From the IMG/VR virus record IMGVR_UViG_3300045988_084902: 40,338 bases of DNA; one strand, 5' to 3'. The notes under the pieces are model-generated. The model was not told where the DNA came from. It was given only the letters and a program-made list of their open reading frames with translations, and ran no database searches. Below, one piece after another: positions 33,733-40,140 of this stretch (the first letter of the stretch is position 1; each line of letters starts with the position of its first letter). This DNA comes from a virus. The position numbers and the translations under genes are program-made.

Positions 33733-35143
33733 TAGTTATTTTCAGATCGGAAACAGAGCATCCGATAAAATCAGCTATTTTTTGAAGATTCTCCTCTCTG
33801 AGTTCAAATGTCCCGTCCATGTAGTAATATAACGAAGCTCTTGAAATCCCTGCAGCAGATGCAACATCTTGGACAGTTAAGCCTGCGGATTTGATCGCTT
33901 TCATCAGTGGGTGATTGGCATTTCTGGACGAGGAGATCGGTGGCTTTTGTTGCTTTTGCTTCGGTTCTGGAATATCTAACGGGTAACCAGTAGCTTCAGC
34001 AATTTTTTTCAACGTGGCTGGTCTGGGAGCACGGTATCCTTTAATGTATCCATATATCTGGTTTTTGGCTATTCCAGTTCGCTCTGAAAGCTCGCTTACT
34101 GTGATATTTGAGTAATTCATTGCTTTGACGATTTCGGAATCTTGATTCGAAAGGACTGATTTGACCCGCGCGCAAGAGGGGAGCGCATTAGCATCACAAC
34201 CAAGGACTGCCGATATTTTTTGGACAGTTTCTGCGGTTGGGGTGATTCTTTCGGAGGTATAACTGTACAGAGCGGACGTGGATATACCGGTAGCACTTGA
34301 GAGGTCTTTGATCGACATTCCTGATTCTGCAATTGCACGCCCAAACGGTGAGTCTGGATTAGAACTATGCCTTGCACGCCTTTTACGTCTTGATGGATTT
34401 GGAATCCGGTATAAATTTCCATAATCTTGGTACAGCCTCGCAATACAGCAGTTCAACGCCTCTGAGCGGGCAATCCGCTCGCGCCCAAGCTTTTCGCGCA
34501 AGTTAGTTGTTTGCGCGTCAAGCAGTTCTCTTTCGCCATTGTAGAGCGAGAGCGTGAACATAATCGTGCGTTCGGATGGCTTTGGCTGCGGAACATAGAC
34601 TACTCGCCTTGAATTCTGAATCATAAGGCTGCGTACAGCAGCGCAAATTTCGGCGTTCCCCCCGAAATGTTCGTGCAACCATTGCGCCTGTAGCGGCGTA
34701 ACTTTGAACTGGCAGTCAAATCTTTGCGGCTCTTCCTCGAAATCTACACGTTGTTTAAGAAAATCCGCTTTGCATTTTTGCTCCGCCAAGTATCGCGCAT
34801 CGGCTGCCTGTTCTTTTGTTTTGAAAGACCCAATATTATATATTTTTCCATTATATCCAATTTGAGCGATCCACATTCCATTTGGGCCGGGACACACCCC
34901 TGTTATTCCAGACGTGTTATTTTTTCCCGTTCCGTAATTATCATTGTTCAAAAAATTTTTCCCGCGCAGACAGCCACAGCTTTGCACAATTTTGTAGATA
35001 AGATTGCCTTGCCGGACGTTGCATAATCTTCCGCAGTCGCAGCGGCAAAGCCAGACCCGCGACCAATTTCCGCAATCCATCTCTTGCATTCCTAGAACTC
35101 TTAGGCGGCCAAATCGCCGCCCAGTAAGATCAAGCCGTGCCAC
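33725..35143 (-). CDS. Multidomain DNA-binding protein: Cys-rich N-terminus, AP2-like domain, then three tandem XRE-type HTH domains
   Basis: N-terminus: RFGRLRVLG...WLCRCDCG...SCGC. AP2-like: SGITGVCPGPNGMWIAQIGYNGKIYNIGSFKTKEQAADARY. Three ~60-aa repeats: GMSIKDLSSATGISTSALYSY, NITVSELSERTGIAKNQIYGY and GLTVQDVASAAGISRASLYYY. Confidence 0.7.
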   Translation of the reverse strand: MARLDLTGRRFGRLRVLGMQEMDCGNWSRVWLCRCDCGRLCNVRQGNLIYKIVQSCGCLRGKNFLNNDNYGTGKNNTSGITGVCPGPNGMWIAQIGYNGKIYNIGSFKTKEQAADARYLAEQKCKADFLKQRVDFEEEPQRFDCQFKVTPLQAQWLHEHFGGNAEICAAVRSLMIQNSRRVVYVPQPKPSERTIMFTLSLYNGERELLDAQTTNLREKLGRERIARSEALNCCIARLYQDYGNLYRIPNPSRRKRRARHSSNPDSPFGRAIAESGMSIKDLSSATGISTSALYSYTSERITPTAETVQKISAVLGCDANALPSCARVKSVLSNQDSEIVKAMNYSNITVSELSERTGIAKNQIYGYIKGYRAPRPATLKKIAEATGYPLDIPEPKQKQQKPPISSSRNANHPLMKAIKSAGLTVQDVASAAGISRASLYYYMDGTFELREENLQKIADFIGCSVSDLKITKK

Positions 35144-35156
35144 TTTTTACCCCACC

Positions 35157-35573
35157 TTACTTGTTAATGATGGCAAGAATCTTTGCGTTTGGAATGATTT
35201 GCTCTCCGTCATCCCAGCCAGATTCGCTGTAGTCTTTGCCCCCGATCAGAACTACATTATGGTCGCCATAGCAAGCCGATTTGGCAATGATACGTTTCAG
35301 CTCTTTCAGGCATTCTTCATTGTCTTCTTCGTCCATCTCTGTGCCGAGATAGTCGTCTCTGAACCCGACGCAGCACGCCCCGCCAAGCGTTTCCCCTGTA
35401 GTGTCATAAGTGGAACAATCGGCTTCAAAGTCCCAATCATAGCTGTCACGGACATCAGCGCCAACATAGATATTAGCTACATCAACATCACTGGGAAGAA
35501 CACGGACGCCAAACGCGTTATAACCATCTTTGTAAGCATTTTTAATCACATCAAGAAGTTCATCGCAGTTCAT
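35157..35573 (-). CDS. Acidic hypothetical protein (138 aa), first gene of the minus-strand cassette
   Basis: ATG at 35573 after SD AAGAGG. Sequence: MNCDELLDVIKNAYKDGYNAFGVRVL...DEEDNEECLKELK. The track start at 35693 runs through the promoter and terminator, so it was rejected. Confidence 0.6.
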   Translation of the reverse strand: MNCDELLDVIKNAYKDGYNAFGVRVLPSDVDVANIYVGADVRDSYDWDFEADCSTYDTTGETLGGACCVGFRDDYLGTEMDEEDNEECLKELKRIIAKSACYGDHNVVLIGGKDYSESGWDDGEQIIPNAKILAIINK

Positions 35574-35621
35574 TATATTTACCTCTTTTATTTGGTTTGT
35601 AAAATGTTTTGTACTATTGTT

Positions 35622-35650
35622 AGTATAGCATACATTTCGTGAAATGTAAA
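35622..35650 (-). promoter_or_regulatory. Sigma-70-type promoter of the minus-strand cassette
   Basis: On the minus strand: TTTACA (35650-35645), 17-nt spacer, TGcTATACT (-10 at 35627-35622). Confidence 0.6.
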
Positions 35651-35671
35651 TATAAAAAAAGAAAAATAAAT

Positions 35672-35807
35672 AAAAAAGAAAAGCACTCAGCAAGCGCTGA
35701 GTGCTTTTCCCTCAAAAAAGTTGTGCGTATAACGCTTTCAACATTTTTATCCACGATGGTCGGAATTGCTGACCATACCACCATCAACGGCATCCGGTTG
35801 TGGTGAC
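35672..35807 (-). ncRNA. Candidate ~135-nt transcript (sRNA or leader) bounded by its own promoter and terminator
   Basis: Minus-strand promoter: TTGACA (35842-35837), 17-nt spacer, TGcTATGGT (-10 at 35819-35814). Terminator hairpin at 35682-35706 followed by a U-run. The only ORF is 20 aa and has no SD. Confidence 0.4.
35682..35706 (-). terminator. Intrinsic terminator (minus-strand orientation)
   Basis: Stem agcactcag/ctgagtgct, followed on the minus strand by ttttcttttttattt. Confidence 0.65.
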
Positions 35808-35942
35808 ATGTTTACCATAGCATTTTGTGCCTGAATTGTCAACAGGAAACTTTGGAATCGAAAACATGGCGTAAAACTGTCGTGTTCGTGTCGCACGTTT
35901 TTACGTCAATTTTTTTATAATTAAGCTAGAGGAAACAAAAGA

Positions 35943-36320
35943 ATGGCTTACACACAAATCAATCTAAATCCAGAAAACAAGCGTGTTGGAGATTGCACTG
36001 TTCGGGCCATTGCGGCAGGAACAGGGAAAAGCTGGGAAGATATATACGCAGCATTAGCACTTGAGGGCTATTTGCTGCACGATCTGCCGTCTGCAAACTA
36101 TGTCTGGGGCAGTTATCTGCGGCGGTGCGGGTGGAACCGTTCGGCAATTCCGAACAGCTGCCCGGACTGTTACACCGTTGCGGAATTTGCCGCCGACAAT
36201 CCGACAGGCGTATATATTCTGGCTATGGCGACGCACGTTGTCACTGTTGTTGATGGCGATTGGCTTGATACTTGGGACAGTGGCGACGAAACGCCGCTGT
36301 ATTATTGGCAGAAAGGATGA
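35943..36320 (+). CDS. Small protein with a possible Cys/His peptidase-like signature
   Basis: Sequence: RVGDCTVRAIAAGTG...ATHVVTVVDGDWLDTWDSG. The assignment is tentative. Confidence 0.4.
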   Translation: MAYTQINLNPENKRVGDCTVRAIAAGTGKSWEDIYAALALEGYLLHDLPSANYVWGSYLRRCGWNRSAIPNSCPDCYTVAEFAADNPTGVYILAMATHVVTVVDGDWLDTWDSGDETPLYYWQKG

Positions 36321-36326
36321 TTTACT

Positions 36327-36800
36327 ATGGCGTTTGGCGTACCGTATCAGCCCGGCTATATGCCGAACTATTATCCGATGGGGCAGCAGATGCCGTCGGC
36401 TATGCCAGATCAGCTCGCACAGCTCCGGCAGGCGGCGTATCCGCAACAGCAGCCAACAGCGCAGCAGACCGCGCCTATTATCTGGGTGCAGGGTGAAGAA
36501 GGAGCCAAAGCGTATATGGTTGCGGCAGGGAACAGCGTGCTCCTGATGGACAGCGAAAACAGCACATTTTATATCAAATCCACCGATGCCAGCGGTATGC
36601 CGCAGCCTTTGCGCGTTTTTGACTACTCGGAACGCACGGCAAGCCAGAAACAGCCCACACATACCGTGCAAAAGCCAAAAGAAGAATATGTCACACGGCA
36701 GGAGTTTAACGCTCTGACAGCCCGCTTTGACGCTCTGACGGCAGACAAGCCTTTGACGCGAAAGAAAAAGGAGGCAGACAATGAGCAACCCTCTGTTTAA
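36327..36800 (+). CDS. P/Q-rich protein with a conserved-looking beta core
   Basis: Sequence: PYQPGYMPNYYPMGQQMPSAMP...IIWVQGEEGAKAYMVAAGNSVLLMDSENSTFYIKSTDASGMPQPLRVFDY. Confidence 0.55.
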   Translation: MAFGVPYQPGYMPNYYPMGQQMPSAMPDQLAQLRQAAYPQQQPTAQQTAPIIWVQGEEGAKAYMVAAGNSVLLMDSENSTFYIKSTDASGMPQPLRVFDYSERTASQKQPTHTVQKPKEEYVTRQEFNALTARFDALTADKPLTRKKKEADNEQPSV

Positions 36801-36996
36801 CGCTCTTGGCGGCGGCAAAATGCCGGGCGCGATGGGGCAATTTCAGCAGATGATGCAGCAGTTTCAGCAGTTTCGAGCAAATTTCCAAGGCGACCCGAAG
36901 GCAGAGGTGCAAAAGCTGCTGCAATCCGGCAAGATGAGCCAGCAGCAGCTAAATCAGCTGCAAGCGATGGCGCAGCAGTTTCAAGGATTTTTATAA
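36781..36996 (+). CDS. Small Q-rich protein
   Basis: SD AAGGAGG. Translation: MSNPLFNALGGGKMPGAMGQFQQMMQQFQQFRANFQGDPKAEVQKLLQSGKMSQQQLNQLQAMAQQFQGFL. Confidence 0.55.
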   Translation: MSNPLFNALGGGKMPGAMGQFQQMMQQFQQFRANFQGDPKAEVQKLLQSGKMSQQQLNQLQAMAQQFQGFL

Positions 36997-37596
36997 TCCT
37001 GTTGTTTTGTGCGTTTTCCTACTTGTTACTGGTTCGGCACTTATTTTATCAACTTTCTCATAACGCCACATATAACCGTGACAAGTTTTGCTTCTTCCTT
37101 TGATGTTGTTTAATATCTGGCATGGGTTACAGCCTACTTCTCTGGCTGCATCTGATATGCAATCCCATTTCCTCAAAAAAATTCCATCAAGGGCATATTG
37201 GCAAACGCTGACTGCGGCATAATGCGATTTCCCAAATCTCCCTTTATTTGGGGACTGCTTGCCTAAACATTCAAAACTGTGGCGTATGTTTTCGGATGGT
37301 GTAACCCATTCAAGATTTTCAGCGTGATTGTTCTGCTTGTTCCCGTCTATGTGGTTCACTTGGGATTTGTTTTCTGGATTGCGTATAAATGCTTGGGCAA
37401 CAAGAATATGAATGGATTTGTTTCTTTTCTCTGAATTTTTGCACAAAACCACCGTGTTATATCCAGAACTATGACGTTTCGGCGTCAAAATCTTTTCTTT
37501 CCCAGTGTGATTATAATTCAGACTTTTTACTTCCCCGCAATCGCTGACTTCATATAATCCTTCATAGCCACAAACTGGTAACCACATAATGCGCAT
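36991..37596 (-). mobile_element. Free-standing HNH homing endonuclease (NUMOD4 + HNH_3-type)
   Basis: NUMOD4-like WLPVCGYEGLYEVSDCGEVKS. HNH: VNHIDGNKQNNHAENLEWVTPSENI. C-terminus: CHGYMWRY. The gene is AT-rich, on the opposite strand, and overlaps the neighbouring gene by 6 nt. Confidence 0.8.
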
Positions 37597-37653
37597 CTCC
37601 TTTGCTTGGTTGATGTATTTATTTTAATTATATCACGTTTTATCAAAAATACA

Positions 37654-37676
37654 ATATCTGCGCAGATATGTATAAT
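37654..37676 (+). promoter_or_regulatory. 16-bp perfect palindrome ATATCTGCGCAGATAT abutting a TATAAT box
   Basis: Palindrome at 37654-37669 and TATAAT at 37671-37676, about 24 nt upstream of the ATG at 37700. Confidence 0.45.
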
Positions 37677-37699
37677 ATTTTACAAAAAAGGAGTTTATT

Positions 37700-38473
37700 A
37701 TGAGTCTTTCATCTGATGGAACCGTAATGACAATGCCGGTGCAGCCAGCAAATGTTAGTAACAACGGTGGCGGCTTTGGCGGGTGGGGCGACAATGGAGC
37801 TCTGTGGCTTATCGTGTTGTTCCTCTTTATCTTCGCTGGCGGCTGGGGCGGCAATTGGGGCGGCAACGGCGCGGGAAACAATGGCGCTGGTGTTGTGGAT
37901 GGTTATGTGCTTGCGTCTGATTTTGCCAATATTGAGCGCAAAATCGACACCGTGAACAACGGCATGTGTGATGGATTTTATCAGCAGGCGCAGCTGATCA
38001 ACGGCGTGCAGCAAGGCATGAGTAACGGCTTTATGTCGGCTGAAATCAGCCGCGCAAACCAGCAGGCCGCATTTATGCAGCAGCTGAATGCCATGCAGAT
38101 GCAGCAGGCCAATTGCTGCTGCGAGACCCGCGAAGCGATTCAGGGCGTAAATTACAACCTCGCTACGCAGGCTTGCGACACGCGCCAGACTATCCAGAAC
38201 GGCACGCGGGACATCATCGAGAATCAGAACGCCAACGCCCGCGCGGTGCTTGACGCACTGACGGCGCAGCGCATTGAGGCTAAGGATGCCAAGATTGCAG
38301 AGCAGAACCAGCAGCTTTTTGTCGCACAGCTTGCCGCAAGTCAGGCTGCGCAGAATGAAACGCTGAAAGCCTATATGAGCGGGCAGCTTGCTTACTACAA
38401 CCCCCGCCCTGTTCCGGCTTTCCCTGTTCCCGCACCGTATCAGTATGGGAACTGCGGCGCCTGCAACTGCTAA
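37700..38473 (+). CDS. G/W-rich TM protein (YjcZ-like N-terminus), Q/N-rich coiled coil, Cys-rich C-terminus
   Basis: Sequence: NNGGGFGGWGDNGALWLIVLFLFIFAGGWGGNWGGNG...ANCCCETREAIQ...YQYGNCGACNC. SD AAGGAG. Confidence 0.6.
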   Translation: MSLSSDGTVMTMPVQPANVSNNGGGFGGWGDNGALWLIVLFLFIFAGGWGGNWGGNGAGNNGAGVVDGYVLASDFANIERKIDTVNNGMCDGFYQQAQLINGVQQGMSNGFMSAEISRANQQAAFMQQLNAMQMQQANCCCETREAIQGVNYNLATQACDTRQTIQNGTRDIIENQNANARAVLDALTAQRIEAKDAKIAEQNQQLFVAQLAASQAAQNETLKAYMSGQLAYYNPRPVPAFPVPAPYQYGNCGACNC

Positions 38474-38535
38474 AACTGAATAGCAACTGTTTCCGAATGG
38501 GAAACTGTTCAGCTCCGTGCTGATTTTGCAAAAAA

Positions 38536-38561
38536 AGCGGCGGGGCAATAGTCCCGCCGCT
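38536..38561 (-). terminator. GC-rich hairpin whose U-run lies on the minus strand
   Basis: Stem agcggcggg/cccgccgct. A7 precedes it on the plus strand, which is U7 after it on the minus strand. Only tatattt follows on the plus strand. Confidence 0.45.
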
Positions 38562-38586
38562 ATATTTATATGAAAGGATCGATTTT

Positions 38587-39009
38587 ATGGCTGAATTTAC
38601 GAATTCCAGTATCGTGAACGTTGCCGCAGGGCAGAATGTGCCGCTTACCGAAACGGCAGTTTGCGGAAAAAGCTGCATTGTGCATCGTGAGGGTGCGGGC
38701 ATCGTCACCTTGCGCGGCATCACGAACCAGTGCAAGGCGCGTTATAAGGTGAGTTTTGGCGCGAACATTGCGATTCCCACAGGCGGCACAGTCGGTGCAA
38801 TTACTTCCGCGCTTACAATCAACGGAGAACCGCTTGTTAGCGCCACTGCAACGGTTACGCCCGCAGCAGTGGAGAATTACTTCAACGTTTTTGTTGCGGC
38901 GTTTGTGGACGTTCCGCGCGGTTGCTGCGTGACGGTTGCCGCAAAGAACACGAGTGCACAGGCGGTGCTTTTTGCAAACTCGAATCTCATTGCCGAGCGC
39001 GTCGGCTGA
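38587..39009 (+). CDS. Beta-rich small protein (possibly C1q/BclA-C-terminal-like; tentative)
   Basis: Sequence: VNVAAGQNVPLTETAV...YKVSFGANIAIPTGGTVGAITSALTINGEPL...CCVTVAAKNTSAQAVLFANSNL. Confidence 0.5.
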   Translation: MAEFTNSSIVNVAAGQNVPLTETAVCGKSCIVHREGAGIVTLRGITNQCKARYKVSFGANIAIPTGGTVGAITSALTINGEPLVSATATVTPAAVENYFNVFVAAFVDVPRGCCVTVAAKNTSAQAVLFANSNLIAERVG

Positions 39010-39022
39010 AAGGAGAATGGAA

Positions 39023-39418
39023 ATGAGTATGAAAACCCTGTATGATCTGAAGGACATGCTGTGCGAAGAGCTTGACGAAATCGGCAAGAAGGGTGAAATG
39101 TCTGCTGGAGACTTGGAAACTGTTCACAAGCTGACAGACACTATCAAGAACATCGACAAGATCACCATGCTAGAAGAAAACGGCTACAGCCACGATGAAG
39201 ATTACAGCCGGGATGGTGATTGGAGCGCCAATATGCGCGGCAATTACGGACGCGGCAGCAGCTATGCGCGGCGCGGTCAGCACTATGTGCGGGGGCATTA
39301 CAGCCGCGATGACGGACGCGATTCGCTTATTGAGCGTATGGAAGATATCATGCGCGGAGCAGACAGCAAAGATCGTGAATCAATCCAACGCTGCATTGAC
39401 ATGATGAGGAACAGCTAA
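39023..39418 (+). CDS. Charged R/G/Y/S/D-rich hypothetical protein
   Basis: ATG at 39023 lies 7 nt after AAAGGAG. Sequence: HKLTDTIKNIDKITMLEENGYSHDEDYSRDGDWSANMRGNYGRGSSYARRGQHYVRGHYSRDDGRD. Confidence 0.55.
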   Translation: MSMKTLYDLKDMLCEELDEIGKKGEMSAGDLETVHKLTDTIKNIDKITMLEENGYSHDEDYSRDGDWSANMRGNYGRGSSYARRGQHYVRGHYSRDDGRDSLIERMEDIMRGADSKDRESIQRCIDMMRNS

Positions 39419-39434
39419 GCGAGGTGTAAGGGCT

Positions 39435-39788
39435 ATGGTTGACGTGCGAGAGATTGACGGCGCTATAGCCGAAATCGAAAACAGCGAGCTTACAATGTCA
39501 CGGGTGCAAAAGCTTGCGGCCTTGTATACAGTCAAAAACCAGAAACTTGTGGAAGCCCAACCGGAAGAACCCAAAATTAGCACGCAAGGAAATGTAAGAT
39601 ATTATGCCTCGGCTGAATCACCTAAAAAAGCTGTTACAAGCGAAAGCGAATTTTTACGGGCGATATCAAGCGTTAAAGCGGAAGATGCGCTAGAGGTGCT
39701 TGATGAATTGATGTCGGCACTGTATGTTGCAAATCCGAAAGTGTACAACGGCGTGATGAGAAAACTAGAAAGGTTACAAAATGAGTGA
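39435..39788 (+). CDS. Hypothetical protein (117 aa)
   Basis: SD GAGGTG. C-terminal motif VLDELMSALYVANPKVYNGVMRKL. Confidence 0.55.
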   Translation: MVDVREIDGAIAEIENSELTMSRVQKLAALYTVKNQKLVEAQPEEPKISTQGNVRYYASAESPKKAVTSESEFLRAISSVKAEDALEVLDELMSALYVANPKVYNGVMRKLERLQNE

Positions 39789-39918
39789 GTTTTTGGAAAC
39801 TGTAATTAAGGCTGACGCCGGGCATGTTTGGCGCGTGCTAGATGAATTTATGGATGCGCTAAAAGAAGCAAAACCGGACGTGTATAGGGATTTGGTGCAC
39901 GACTTGCAGAGAAAATAA
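39781..39918 (+). CDS. Small protein (45 aa) carrying the same motif as the C-terminus of the previous gene
   Basis: Own translation: MSEFLETVIKADAGHVWRVLDEFMDALKEAKPDVYRDLVHDLQRK. Overlaps the previous stop. Confidence 0.4.
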   Translation: MSEFLETVIKADAGHVWRVLDEFMDALKEAKPDVYRDLVHDLQRK

Positions 39919-39923
39919 GCAAA

Positions 39924-39944
39924 TGTGTACTAAAGTGTGTACTT
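39924..39944 (+). repeat. Two direct copies of (A)GTGTGTACT(T): candidate integrase arm-type sites, left arm
   Basis: tgtgtact at 39924-39931 and aagtgtgtactt at 39933-39944. Confidence 0.5.
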
Positions 39945-39952
39945 ACAAAAGA

Positions 39953-39989
39953 AAATGCCGCAGATTTTAACGAATCTGCGGCATTTATT
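39953..39989 (+). terminator. Strong intrinsic terminator ending the plus-strand cargo operon
   Basis: 14-bp stem aaatgccgcagatt/aatctgcggcattt with a 6-nt loop, then tttattc. Confidence 0.8.
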
Positions 39990-39992
39990 CAA

Positions 39993-40014
39993 GTCGGAGT
40001 GACGGGATTCGAAC
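39993..40014 (-). other. attP core candidate: a copy of a tRNA 3' end (T-loop, T-stem 3' strand, acceptor 3' strand, discriminator A)
   Basis: The minus strand reads GTTCGAATCCCGTCACTCCGA. The implied C1-G72 pair and A73 discriminator are the hallmark of bacterial tRNA-Pro. The 5' T-stem partner is absent, so this is a fragment and not a gene. Confidence 0.55.
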
Positions 40015-40115
40015 TGCTCGCCTTTATATATAGGCTGTATTTGCTATATATTTATTTACGATACATCAATACATTGTGTATGCTGTTCATTGCTTAAATA
40101 CCCATGTAAAATAAA

Positions 40116-40140
40116 AAGTGTGTACTTTTAGTGTGTACTT
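40116..40140 (+). repeat. Two direct copies of AGTGTGTACTT: candidate arm-type sites, right arm (overlapping the int stop)
   Basis: aagtgtgtactt at 40116-40127 and agtgtgtactt at 40130-40140. Confidence 0.5.

Noticed and set aside
35004-35642. 212-aa plus-strand ORF
   Set aside because: It is antisense to the minus-strand cassette, whose genes have SD sites, a promoter and recognisable HTH/AP2 motifs.
35574-35693. N-terminal 40-codon extension of the acidic protein ORF (track start 35693)
   Set aside because: The extension translates the promoter, terminator and A/T-run (MLSAFLFYLFFFFYIY...). The internal ATG at 35573 has a proper SD.
36054-38548. 254-aa (36054-36818) and 279-aa (37709-38548) minus-strand ORFs in the cargo block
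   Set aside because: They mirror Q/A-rich plus-strand genes whose codon repeats keep the antisense frame open. The plus-strand genes have strong SD sites, and these ORFs do not.
39993-40014. A complete tRNA gene next to the integrase
   Set aside because: Only the T-loop, the 3' T-stem strand and the 3' acceptor strand are present. The sequence upstream (AGCAG) cannot pair with CCCGT, and no D or anticodon arm follows. It is therefore an att core fragment.
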